From Camelus ferus (taxonomy: Eukaryota): a stretch of 64,000 bases of DNA. Below, in pieces: positions 51,861 to 64,000 of this stretch. The notes beneath the pieces were generated by a model. It searched no databases and was not told where the DNA came from. It worked only from the letters and a program-made list of their open reading frames with translations. A program made the position numbers and the translations under genes. Each line of letters opens with the position of its first letter. The first letter of the stretch is position 1. The stretch is taken from contig NC_045696.1 in the NCBI RefSeq assembly GCF_009834535.1, positions 42,162,001-42,226,000 on the forward strand, read 5' to 3'.

Positions 51861-52681
51861 TTAACCTCATCATATTAGCATTTTCAGTTATATCTTTAAT
51901 CATAGGACAGAGGGTTTTTTTTTTTTAGGTTAAGAGGTTCAGAAGCTTTGGGGGATGGGATGGAGGACACAGAACGAAGACATTTGGATGGATGAGCACG
52001 ATATCCCTTCTCTTCTCCCCAAAGCTGAAAGGGTTCCTGAGAAAAGACTTGAAGGTAGCCATTTCTTTGCTTATTTTTTTCCCTTTGGTGGATTTTGGCA
52101 GGTCAGCCCTGTCAGATTATCCTAAGGCCCATTTTTTCCACTCAGTGTGACAAGGAAAGAATGAGATTTAATGGAAACAGAGCTGTCCTCTGCTCCCGGC
52201 TTGTTGATCTGGGCAAGCTCCTTACCACCTAGTGCCCTTAAGGGATGCGGGGACGAGTTCCTGCCACCGTTCTGATGAGGATTTAGAGGATGAATCAAAG
52301 TTTACAAAATACATTCGTTGAACAGTCACATGGGAACATTTTATTGTATACAAAATATTATTAAAACCGAGTGCAGGTTATGTGGAGTAGCCTTGATTTG
52401 AAAAAGTCTCTTAAAATGGAATTATTTTTTCTCTCTGGTTATAAAAACACTTAAATGGAATGCACAACAAACTCTTCTCCCATCGCACCCTACCCCACTG
52501 CACAAAGGTAGCAGAGAGTAGTGCCAAAGTGGCAGTGATAAACATATGATGGCTTGTTTGGTGTGCACAGAAAACTTGCAGTACTATGTAGCCAGCCCTG
52601 AGGTTACCGCATCAGGAAGATCACGCTCATGTTCTTGCCTATCAAGTCCCCCTACCTCCTACTTTCTGGCTAGCCTATGAA

Positions 52682-53165
52682 TTTTTTAAAATTGAAATAT
52701 AGTCAATTTATAATATTAGATGAGTTTCAGATGTACAACATAGTGATTCAATATTTTTATAGATTATACTCTATTTAAAGTTACTACAAAACAATGGCTG
52801 TATTTTTCTGTGGTATACAATATGCCCTGTTGCTTATTTATTTGATACATAGTAGTTTGTATCTCTCAATCCCTTCCCCCTGTCTTGTCCCTTCCCCCTG
52901 CCCTCTGCCCACTGGTAACCACTGGTTTGTTCTCTATATCTGTGAATCTGTTTCTGTTTTGTTATATACATTCATTTGTTTTATTTTTAAGGTTAATTAA
53001 GTCTCATTTGCTTATTTTTGCTTTTGTTTCTTTTACCTTAGGAGATAGAGCCCCCAAAATATTGCTACAATTTATATCAAAGAGTGTTCTGCCTAGGTTT
53101 TCCGCTGGGAGTTTTATGTTTTCAGGTCTTTAATCCATCTTGAGTTAATTTTTGTATATGCTGTG
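52682..53165 (-). mobile_element. L1 3' UTR joined to an ORF2 fragment (internal deletion)
   Basis: 3' UTR motifs switch abruptly at ~52990 to TTAATTAAGTCTCATTTG..AAGAGTGTTCTGCCTA. Confidence 0.8.
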
Positions 53166-53419
53166 TGTGAGTTTGTGTTAGCTCGCAGCATCTCATCTCT
53201 TTGGACCGTGCGAAAAAGCAATCCCACATCATTGCTGTTGAGCCTTTCTTCAGCCTTTCTTCACGTTCATTGAGTTTATTGAGGCCTGAGGGCTCCCATC
53301 ATACAGGGGACTATCACGAACAAATCTATTATGATCTCACCATTGTGGTCCATGGTCACAGCTCACTTCTCATCACTCATTTCCTTAATGTCCTCCTTTC
53401 CCCAACAAAATAAACTGGC

Positions 53420-54560
53420 TTACAGCCTGGTCATCCTATAGCAATATATTGTCAAGTCTATTTTATTTTTCACAGTTTCTAATCAATTTTTCAGTGTCTT
53501 AAACAGATCCCTCTTAAATGTGAATGGACATTCAAAGATCCCTAGCTATTTACAATGAAATGAACTCAGAGACAGCAAAGACAATGTTGGAAATAAAGAA
53601 AAGACAAAACAGATTCTCAGAGAGGTAAGAGAAGATAATAAATCCATGAACAAGGATAGGATACAGTAAAAATGACTATGAAGAGAATAAAAAAGAGCTC
53701 TAGAAAAAATTGATAGCAGAAATTAAAAATTAAAACAAAATGTTTATAGAAAAGTTGAATGTGTCATAGACTGAATTGTATCCCTTCACCACATTTATAC
53801 GTTGAAGTCCTAACCCGTCAGTACCTCAGAATGTGACCGTATATGGAGATAGGGCTTTAAAGAAGTTATTCAGTTAAATGAGGCTCTTAGAATGTGTTCG
53901 AATCCAATCTGACAAGTGTTCATATGAGAAGAGATTAGAACACACAGAGAGACACAAGGGGCATGTGTACACAGAGGGACAACCATATGAAGAGGCAGCA
54001 AGGGGGCTGCTACCTGCAGGCTGAGAAGATACGTCTCAGAAGAAACCACCCCCACTGGCAACTTGACCTTGTACTTCCAGCCTCCCGAACTGTGAGAAAA
54101 TGAATTTCTGCTATTTAAACCATCCATTCTGTGGCATTTTGTTATGGCAGCCCTAGCAAACTAATATAGTAAATTTCCCAGAAAAATAGAATAACAACAA
54201 CACCAAAATGAGCAAACCAAAACACAATGATGGAAAGCATGGAACAAAAGAAGAAATTAGACAAACAATCCAAGTGGTTCAAGATCTCATAAAGAGAAGA
54301 CAGACAAATGGAAGGAAGAAAAACATAGAAGAAATAATGTAAGAAAATAAGATTAAAAATTTTGCCAAGTGCCTAGTATAATAATTGAAATAAACCACAG
54401 ACCAAATTGTATTATTGTGAAATTTCAGAACCCTGAGAATAAAGAGCAGATCTTAGACTCTCCCAGAAAGTATAAGAAAGAAAAAGAAAGGTCAAAAGTT
54501 GATCACAAATACAATGAAACAGAAACCAGAATGATGTTGGAATTTTCCAGAAGAGAAGGT
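53420..54560 (+). mobile_element. Old L1/HAL1 ORF1-like fragment split by MLT1A
   Basis: A-rich; peptide RPNCIIVKFQNPENKEQIL resembles L1 ORF1. Confidence 0.55.
53761..54167 (+). mobile_element. MLT1A0-type LTR
   Basis: TAGACTGAATTGTATCCC...TGTTATGGCAGCCCTAGCAAACTAATA. Confidence 0.9.
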
Positions 54561-55113
54561 GTATGTGAATAATTGCAGAGGAGTAATTGTAATCTCATTT
54601 TATAACTGAATTTGTCTCTATGAGCTTATCTTAGGAAACCTTAAGGAACTTTTCTACTAATGTAAGAATGACTTGTCTTGTGTCTAACTCAAATTATTAA
54701 GCACCATTACACTTAGGAAGTTGTGGTGCGTTCTGCATCAGTGCTTTATAAAAGTTAAAGGAAAATAAGAAGATGGACTAAATGTGATTTGTGTCCGGGT
54801 TACCAGTGAATTATACCATTGTGCTGGTCAGATGATACTGGGTAATGTGATCTGTCCTAAGCCACTGAACTAAAGGGGACCTTTTCAGCAGACAGAGAAT
54901 AGGAAAGCAAATTAACTTGAAGAGTAGTCATATGAGAAAAGGATCAAGGAACTAAGAATGTAAAGGCTGAAAAAGGAATGTGTTTTAGTAACGCCAAATT
55001 TTGATCTGCTAAATAGTCGAAAAGCCCTTATATGAAAAACAGATTAAACCTATTCAGCACTGGACCAGAGAACAATGACACTTCAGGGAGAGCCATTTTG
55101 GTTTAATAGGAGC

Positions 55114-55515
55114 TATATCAGTTTTCTTTTGTTGATGTAACAAATCATTACAAACTTAGTAGCTGAAAACATCACGCATTTATTACTTTATGGTTCTCAA
55201 TGTCAGAAGTCTGAAATGGATCTTACTGAGCTAAAGTTAAGGTGTCAGCAAGGCTGCATTCCTTCTGAAGACTCTATTGGAGAATCTGTTTCTTTGCCAT
55301 TTCTAGCTTCTTGAGGCCACCTTCATTCCTTGGCTCATGGCTCCTAACTCCATCTTCAGAGCCAGCAGTGTAGCATCTTCCAGTTTTTCTGACTTTGACC
55401 CTCCTGACTTCTCCTTAAAGGGACCCATGTGGTTACATTGGGCCTTCCCGGGTTAATCCAGGATAATCTCCCATCTCAAGATCCTTAAATTAATCAGATC
55501 TGCAAAGTCCCTTAT
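55114..55515 (-). mobile_element. MLT1C/D-type LTR
   Basis: TGTAACAAATCATTACAAACTTAGT...ATCCAGGATAATCTCCCATCTCAAGATCCTTAA. Confidence 0.85.
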
Positions 55516-58115
55516 TTTGCTGAGAATGTCCAATCAGTAGGAATGCTGAGGGGGGGATTTATGGACAGTTGCACTAGGTGACTCATAAAGTCCTAATAAT
55601 CTTGAAATTTAAAAAAATTTACTCTTCTTTCATGATGTAGAAAATTAAATCTGAAAGTGCCTGACACTAAGGCAGCTGGGTGAAAAGAAAAAAAAATCAT
55701 TATTATTATACTTTATGATACTTGCATGGGATTTGAACTTTTCACTCATATTTTAGAATTATACCTGCATGATCTAAAAGATAAGTAAGAAAAATAGTTT
55801 GATGTTCTACCATGTAGAATCAACAAGTGGCCTGGACTGATAGAATATAAGCAGTCTCTTTCATTGGTCAGCTATAATTATCATAAAGCTTGTAAAAAAA
55901 TACATTTCCTTACAGCTTCAATGCAGTGCTCCTATTCTGTATTCTGGAGCTACACAGATTAAGTTCAGCCCCTTTTACATAAGACGGCCCTTCAGATACA
56001 TAAAGAGGTCTGCCATAGCCCCCAGGTCTAATCTTTAGTCTAAAATCTGCTTCTTTGGATAGGCTGTCGTGCATGTGCATTTATTTTATACTAAATTCTG
56101 GACTTTGCATTTCTTTTCAATTTAATCACATTGGTTAAATTGGTTGAATTTAATCTCTTTGGTACACTGTTCTGGCCAAGGGTAACAATCTATTTTTAAA
56201 AAATTATTCATTCATCAGGGATTTTTTAGGGGACTATGAGCAAAACATTATTTTCATAACACTTTATTCAGGTGAGGATTTTCATTTCTTGGGATTTATT
56301 CCTGCTTTGGGTGGAAAGTTTTACTAAACGATGTTTGAGATAAGTTGTTCAGCAAACTCCATTGAACATTACTAGGGTAAAAGCACTTTGGGGACATATA
56401 AAGAAATGACCTTTGCTTGCAAGTGGCAGATCTGATATTCTGTGATACTGTGCTTGTTTATTTGTCAGGCTGCTCATGGAACCAATACAATTTGTTATAA
56501 ACAATATACACAGAAGACCTCAGTCTGCTAACGAAACCCAAGAGAGCTAAACTCTATTGGTTACTTTATTCCTATATTACTCAAAATGGGAAGGGAATTA
56601 GGAAGTGTTTGTTTATTCTAGACAATGTTGACCCTTCAAAAGCAAATCAAATATTTCCTCCCTTAAAATCCTTGAGAGACAAGGGGTGCCCCAAATCTCC
56701 AGATTAGATAAGGCATAAGGTGACCAGGTAGTCAATGATGTGGTACCTACTCAAATATAGTTCTCACACTGGCCTGCTCCTGGCACTGGATAGCCTATGA
56801 TTTATGATTCATTCCTTTATGCTCAGCATTGCCCACTCTAAAGTCTTCCTTAGAATTCATTTTTTTTTCCAGAGCAAATCTCTCGCTGTGAGTTAGTTTA
56901 ATAAGGCATATTTAGTATCTAAGTTGTAGGATTAAGTTGTATCAGATGATAGGACAGAAACTCTAAAAAGGGAATTAAAGGAGCTGGAGATTCTTGACAT
57001 CCACCTATTTTGCAGGTTTGCCCCATCTAGGACTGTGAACCCACAAAGCACTTGAGCTTGGTAACTGGAGATAATTGCTAAGTGACGTTTTGACAGCTCA
57101 GGAACAGGAAATAAATTTGGTATTTTGAATACAAACAACATTTAAACATAAAAAGATCTAAACGTTAGTTAGCACTTAGGTCAGTTTTAAAATCTACAGA
57201 CACCTACAGCCCTGAAGAAATCCACCAATGTACTGCAATTGAGTTGTGTCAGAAAAGCTAAATAATTTAGACTCTAAATATTTACCTTTCTTCAAGTTTC
57301 GGCTTATTTTAGATAAAATATAAACACTTTCAGAAGACTCAGATAATCCTATTTCCATTAATTTGGTATTTTTTTTTCAGTAGATAGAAACAACATATCT
57401 GGTTTATTTTTGAAATGATACTTTAATAAAACTTTTATTTTAAAATATAGTCAAGACTACAGAAGAATTAGATAATTTGAACAGTATTAGATAATTTTTT
57501 GCAGGCTTTTTCTTTATAAGGGTCACATCACACATAGCAAGCCATCGTTTTATTGACCCTCTTTCTCCTCCTCTCTTTACTTTCCGCCCCAACTTCCAAG
57601 TTTCCTCTGAAGCTCCCAGTTCTTTTCTTTCAGTTATACAGAGTGATTTTGATCTTTCTCCAAAGTTTCATCACTACCCAGTGTCAAGGCCTATGAATCT
57701 TAGCTAATGCTCCCTGTGGATTTACCAAAGCATTTTCCCAACAAAAGCAACTCTTCCTGTAAGAGGAATTCTTATACTAGCTGCTGTGAAAACAAACAAA
57801 AAAACTTCAAACCAAACTCTATCCTATTGTTAATACGACAGAACTTTGGCATCAGCAGGAAATAGCAAATAATTTTACATTTAACTCATGATCATCTCCA
57901 TCCACTAAAAGAAATCATTACACTTTTTTCCTTAGGTTTAAGTCAGTGAAGGTATTATGCATATTTTAAAGTTCATCTTTTAATCCAAATTTTTATTAAA
58001 TTTCATTAAAGGGTTTGAGCAACATGGTCAGTTTGAATATTTGTAAGCCAGTGGAATTGACAATGAGTTTCATGAGGAAAAAAGTCACAGCTTAAATCAT
58101 GAAAAACCAATACAT

Positions 58116-58977
58116 TCTTTTTTAAAAATTGTGGTAAAAATCATACAAGACCTACCCTCTTAACAAATTTCTAAGTGTACAGTATTGTTGACTATAAACA
58201 CATATCGTATAGCAGATCTCAAGAGCTTTTCACCTCGCATAACTGAAACTTTATACCCATTGCCCAGCAATTCCCTGAGTCCCTCTTCCCCATCTCCCAG
58301 CAACCATCATTCTACTTTCTGTTTTATGAGTTTAACTGCTTTGGATTCCTCACAGAAATGAAATCATACAGTATTCGTCCTTCTGCGACTGGTGTTTTTC
58401 ACTTAGCATAATGTGCTCAAAGTGTATCCATGTTGTAGACAGAATTTTCTTTTTTTAAAGGCCGAATATGAATACAAAGTTCCATTGTATATATATATAT
58501 ATACATATACACACTACATTTTCTTTATCCGTTTGTCAGTGGACATTTAGGTTGCTTCCGTATCTTGGCTATCGTGAATAATGCTGCCATGAATGTGGGT
58601 GTGCAGAAATCTCTTTGAGTTCCTGACTTCAATTCTTTTCTTCAGTTCTGGATTTATATACACCAAGGTGGAAGCTACATCATATGGGAGTTTTCTTTTT
58701 CATTTTTTGAGGAACCTCCATACTGTTTTCCATTGAGGTTGCACCATTTTATGTTCCCAGCAACAGTGCACAAGGGTTCCAATTTCTCCACATCCTTGTC
58801 GACACGTCTATCTTTTTGATTATAGCCATCCTAACAGGTGTGAAGTGATATCTAATTGTAGCTTTGATTTGCATTTCTTTGGTGATTAGTGATGCTGAGC
58901 ATCTTTTCATATGCTTGTTGGCTACTTGTATGTCTTCTTTTGAGAAATGTCTATTCAAGTCCTTTGCCCATTTTGAA

Positions 58978-59008
<31 letters not shown>

Positions 59009-59225
59009 AGTTTTAGGAGTTCCTTGTATATTTTGGATATTAACTCTTTATCAAATATATGGTTTGCAAATATTTTCTCCCATCCCATAGGTTGCTCTTT
59101 CAATCTGTTGATTGTTCTCTTTGTTATGCAGAAGCTTTTTAGTTTTTAGTCCCACATCTATTTTTGCTTTTGATGCTATAGCCAAGAAATTAATGCCGAA
59201 ACTAATGTAATGAAGCTTTTCCCTT
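58116..59225 (-). mobile_element. L1MA/MB 3' fragment
   Basis: Peptide [24 protein letters not shown] on the minus strand. Confidence 0.9.
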
Positions 59226-60028
59226 TATCAAAGTTTTAGTTCTCTTTTGCTTTATTGGTTAGTGTGGACAATAGACATTGTTACCCTATTTCTGAATTTT
59301 CTCTCTTCTTTGACCTCTACCCATCACTGATATCCACCAGCTTGAATCAGGGCTGCCCATGTGCATGGTGTCCTCTAAGGCAGTGCATTGCCAGCGCTGC
59401 TTTGAAAGATGGTCCCAAATAAAATGTGTGAAATTATGTAGTATTTTCCATCTTCAGGCAAGCTGTTGCTAATTGTTGGTGTCATCCTTCAACCAATTAA
59501 AATCTCATTAAAAGGGGAAAAAGGGGCGTATGAGGTGGGTGTAATGATAGAGTGAGGCTCAAAGATTGTGTCTCTCTCTACAAAAAGTATATTTAAGTCT
59601 CTTTATTTTAAACTTTCTCTGGACCACCTAAATCACTATCTCTGTACCCTTGCCAAAAAAGGAATCTACGTTTATAGCTTCTACTTGATCACCACCCACT
59701 TACTTCTTAATTTTGTGTAGTCTGACTTCTGTCCTCCACATCATGAAGAGCATGTTGCTTCTAAAAACACTGGTGGTCTCTTTAATCACCAAATCCTCTT
59801 CAGCGACTCCTTCTGATGATAGCTTTTTCCTGGAAGGCACGTTCTCCTCGATTCCAAAGCCCTATTCAACTCAACAGCAGCACACCTTTATGGAGTGTTA
59901 TTCTGTGTCAGGTATTTCCTGGAGTATGGAAACCGAGATAATAGCTGAGAGATGATTGCAGAAACTGCATCATCTGATAAATAAAGATTGAATCAACTGA
60001 CATGAAAAAACATAATGTTCTTCTAGGG

Positions 60029-60355
60029 CAGCACTGTTTGACAGAAATATAATACAAACCACATATATAATTTTAAACTTTCTAGTGGTCACATTAAAAA
60101 AGTAAAAGGAGATCGGGGAAATCAATTTTAATGTATTTAATGTATTTTAATGTAACTCAGTATATCCAAAATATTATTTCAAACATATAATAAATAAAAA
60201 ATTATTAATGAGCTATATCTACAATCTTTTTTCTAACTGTCTTCAAAACCTGATGTATATTTTATGCTTAAAACACATCTCAATTTGAACTAGACACATT
60301 TCAAATACTTAATAATATTACATGTGTCTGGTGGCTGCCATTTTAAACATTGCCA
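60029..60355. mobile_element. MER33 (hAT-Charlie)
   Basis: CAGCACTGT..AGAAATATAAT..; degenerate 8-bp TSD TTCTAGGG / ATCTAGAG. Confidence 0.8.
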
Positions 60356-60559
60356 ATCTAGAGTAGAAATTGAATAAATAAAAGAGAGACTTTTTTTGGC
60401 TTAGAAGTAGAGTGATTTTTACTAGCATTAAAGAATTATGACTGTCCAGCAATGCAGCGGACTTCCTTTCAGACGAAGCTCTTGAGTGGGAATAAAGCTC
60501 AAACTAGGAATGTATTAGCTAACTTTTAATGTCCCTCAATTACTTTGAAAAAAAAAATC

Positions 60560-62000
60560 AAAAGTAATGCATTTGGGGGCAGCAATTTAGACAATGCAGA
60601 GTTGTGTAAAGAAATGCTTAATAATTTCCTCTCTTCTAGTCCTAATTTCTCAGTTATCAAACGTTAACAATTTGGTGTGTATCCTCCTGACCTTCTTCTG
60701 TATGTATACAAGGTTATACAATAAAACTGCATGCCTGTGTGCATGCAGGCACACAGGCAGGTTTTTAATTTTAAAAATGAGATCATGAAAAATATAAGTT
60801 GTTCCACAGTTTACTTACTGATATATTATTGACATCTTTCTAGTCAGCATATGTGTATGTCACTTATTTTTAAATAGCTGTAGCATCTTCTATATAAGTG
60901 ATATACCATAATTTATTGAGGCATTCACCTACTGATTGCTATTATATCAGGAGTCTCATGACACATCCTTCAGGCCACCTCTGATTCCAGCCACACTATA
61001 ATTGAACAATTCCATGCAAATGGAGAGTTAGCTTAAGTTGACAGCATGTTGCTTCAAGCCTGTGCTCTGAGTCTTTTTGCTTTTCTTCCCTCTGGGAATT
61101 CTCTAATGGTTGTGCTCCCATCTCTGACCTCCAGTTATTCTTTAAGTTATTCAGGTGGCAGAATCAAGGCTTATTTCCCTTGGGGTAATCACATTCTACT
61201 CTTATTTTGGCTTTTCAGTCTTCCCTGTATCCCTCTCCCTGGTCCCTCACTTCCTTCTCTGAAGCACCTTCCAAATAATCTGTGGGTGCATGAATCTTTC
61301 TTTTAGATGACAAACAGATCATTTTTTTTACTATTAGGAAACAATGCTAATTGAAACTTATTTTTAAAATTTTGTATATCAGTGCTTTTTCAAATTGCTA
61401 AGTATTAGATTCCTGAAACTAAACATGTTATCAGATTACATTTCCAAAAGACCGTAGCAAATCATAGGTCCGCCAGCAATACATACTAATCCCCATTTAT
61501 ACACATGTTAACCATTAGGGGTATTATTACTCTATAATTTTTGCCACTCTGATTTGAACAAAATGGCATGGTCATATTGCTGTCATTTCCTTTCAGTGAC
61601 ATTAGGGAGCTGAGCATCTTTTCATGTTTTTAGAGATTTTTTTTACTACAATCCATGCAGCAAAAATCAATCCCAGGTAGATTAAAGATATGAATGAAGA
61701 AACATAGTGAAAGTATTCACAGATAATTTAGGAGAAAATTTATTTGACTGTGTGAGGGAAGACATTCTTAAGCATAAAGGAAAGACATTTTTAAGCGTAA
61801 ATGAAGATGGACAGTTTTGATTACATTAAAATGTGTTTTAAAATTTTTGTTGAGCAAAGTAAGACTGAGAGGATTTTAATAAAAAATGCTGTTGTCAAAA
61901 GACAAATGACAAATTGGCAAAAATATTCACAAAACATTGAACAGACACTACGAATTGATATGAGGTCAAAGTATCATAGAAAAACAGGCAAAGAATAAAA
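60560..62000. mobile_element. Old L1ME fragments, minus (~60560-61640) then plus (~61650-62000)
   Basis: Antisense L1 motifs followed by sense motifs (AAAAGACAAATGACAAATTGG). Confidence 0.55.
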
Positions 62001-63670
62001 GCAGAAGAGAAAAGGAATGGTGTCTTCCCTGTTTTTAGCAGTGTAATTTATGTTATTTTTAAGTACATACACACACAAACTGAGACCCCTGAGCTCAGAA
62101 CAAATTTTTTCAAGAAATTTTGCCCACACAGAGCTTACTTTGACTTGGGAAATAGGTCAACTGCTCTGGAATTTGATGGCCGTATCTATGTAATACAGTC
62201 AGAGTTAGGAGTGATCTAATACATTTTGTCTATCTAGACATGAGAAAAACTTCCTTGTATAATCTGGACTACTATTCATACACCTAAATTCACTCAGCCT
62301 GCATCTGATTGCTGATTACTCCCAATATATTGGATTAGGCAATTTCTAGACCTTATAAATGCACCTAATTGTGTGTATTGTTCCCTCTGTAGTGTCAGTC
62401 ACCAGCTAGAACCCCAAAGGCACCACCAGTCTGCAACATTTATTTTGATGTCTTAAAGCATTTAAAAATATCATGTTACACAGAACATAAATTAGATATA
62501 TTGCAATATAGTGATGCCAGTCACTTGACATTGCTATTTCTTCTCTACTCAATGCTCCATGGTGAAACAATAGTATTTCTTAATCCTTGTTTGTGCTGAA
62601 TAAAATATCATGAATTTTGGCTCTCTTCCAAAGCCGGTGAGTTATAAAGCAATAATTCTGTTCACACACAAATGAAATGTTTATCTGCATTTGGCCTTTG
62701 GACATCACTTTAATGGGGGAAGATTTCATGAGATCTCAGATCCACTGGCTACCTCAGGTGCACCAGAGGTCATATTGATACGGGCTTTCTAGACTGATTC
62801 TAAATTTAAGACTTCAATAGGCCTGGCAAGTACAAAATTTGGGGCTCGGTTTTCTTCACCAATGAATTAATCACCTTTTGCATGGGAGTCGATTTATTTT
62901 AAATGTAGCTAGAGAGAGTAAAAAGCCTCCAGATGCAAGTGCTCACTGGGAGAAGAGAGAAGAAATCAGTTCTTCCCTCTATAGTTCCTACTGTAAAATT
63001 CCAGATGAAAAGATGGTTAGTGACATTAGACTATGGAGAGTGACCTCAGATGATGTTTTTAGAGCTGAGATAAACAGAAATCTGATACAGTTAACTGCAT
63101 ATACAAACAATTGAATTTATTTTACTGAATTTTTACCAAATTGCCTAAACCCTTAACTTGGAGGATATTTTTTAGAAGCTAGGTTCAAACTTAAGTTTCT
63201 TAAAAACAACTAATGCATAATTAAAAAGAGAAATAAAACTTCTCTCTAGGTCTCTCTCTGTAATTTATTTTATGCTTGGAGCGTGAGGTTATACTTACTG
63301 TCCATGGCTGGTCATATGACTCATAATTTACGAGGATTTAGTGTATTGTATAGTTAACGGGTAACTGCCTTGTGAAGCCCGGAAGGGTTTTTTTTTATGG
63401 TCTTGACATGAAAGACCACAGTACAAGTTTATCTGTGAGGCAGTTATGGGAACATTATAAAGTGATCTCAATTGACTGCTGTGTCTTCCATTGACGTCAA
63501 GAGCATTTCATAGTTTGGTGTTTGGTTATTTTTAGATCATAAAGGCATGGCTGATGTATTTATGGCATTAACCTCTGGCCCACAGATTTACTGTTAACCC
63601 TTATCATTTGTTTTTAATAGAGAAGCAGCTATGGAATGGCCAAACTCTTCCACTCCTCCAACTGATCCTT

Positions 63671-63674
63671 TTAC
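63671..63674 (-). CDS. Start of candidate terminal exon: last coding base plus TAA stop, followed by presumed 3' UTR running leftwards
   Basis: Minus strand CCTCTTTTTTCAG|G TAA; 234-nt intron 63675-63908; reading frame inferred, not proven. Confidence 0.45.
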
Positions 63675-63908
63675 CTGAAAAAAGAGGTCATTAAATATTT
63701 CACTCCCATGCTATGAAATGAGGGGTCTTTTGTGATTAATTTAGAAAGAAAATGTGATTGGGGACAAGAGCAGGAGACGTGGAGTCTGACAGAGCAAGTG
63801 CAATTTACTATATTTTCATATATTCTTCGATTCCGCATGTGTGGGAATGTGTATATACATATGAGGGCTGTCCTTCAAAGTGGTCCTCTTATGAAGGCAT
63901 ATACTTAC

Positions 63909-63925
63909 TCCAGTGGTGGTGGAAC
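63909..63925 (-). CDS. Candidate 17-nt coding micro-exon of a convergent gene (VPPPL-E in phase 0)
   Basis: Minus strand: CTAAC branch point...TTTGTTAAACAAAG|GTTCCACCACCACTGGA|GTAAGTAT. Confidence 0.55.
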
Positions 63926-64000
63926 CTTTGTTTAACAAATAGTAAGGTTAGAATTTTAAATGTCAATGTTTCTAATAATATTTGGCTTTTCTAATAATAG

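Noticed and set aside
57284..57360. Minus-strand exon candidate (MEIGLSESSESVYILSKISRNLKK, AG|GTAAAT)
   Set aside because: Donor only, no convincing acceptor or partner exon; AT-rich context makes chance likely
61759..61805. ~23-nt imperfect tandem duplication
   Set aside because: Local slippage inside an old L1 fragment; only two units and no spacer structure
1..64000. CRISPR array, operon or other prokaryotic-type system
   Set aside because: No repeat-spacer arrays or dense ORFs; the sequence is clearly mammalian and repeat-rich

Overview
AT-rich mammalian genomic DNA, most likely camelid (three tRNA-derived SINEs resembling the camelid vic-1 family, plus cetartiodactyl-type L1 3' ends). 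It is dominated by nested transposable elements: L1 of several ages, L2/MIR, MaLR/ERVL/ERV1 LTRs and MER-type DNA transposons. Almost all ORFs in the supplied track come from repeats or chance. The non-repetitive islands contain two gene-like signals. (1) On the + strand, about 15-20 exon-like segments with canonical splice sites lie between ~13.5 and ~40.3 kb. Several join in phase, but many carry in-frame stops or a damaged donor, which suggests an unprocessed (possibly unitary) pseudogene. (2) On the - strand at the far right is the probable 3' end of a convergent gene: a 17-nt micro-exon plus a terminal exon, whose presumed 3' UTR contains a compact three-stem RNA fold. I could not name either gene. 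No prokaryotic-type system, CRISPR array or true tRNA/rRNA gene is visible. Repeat family names are recognised from memory, and repeat boundaries are approximate unless a TSD is given.
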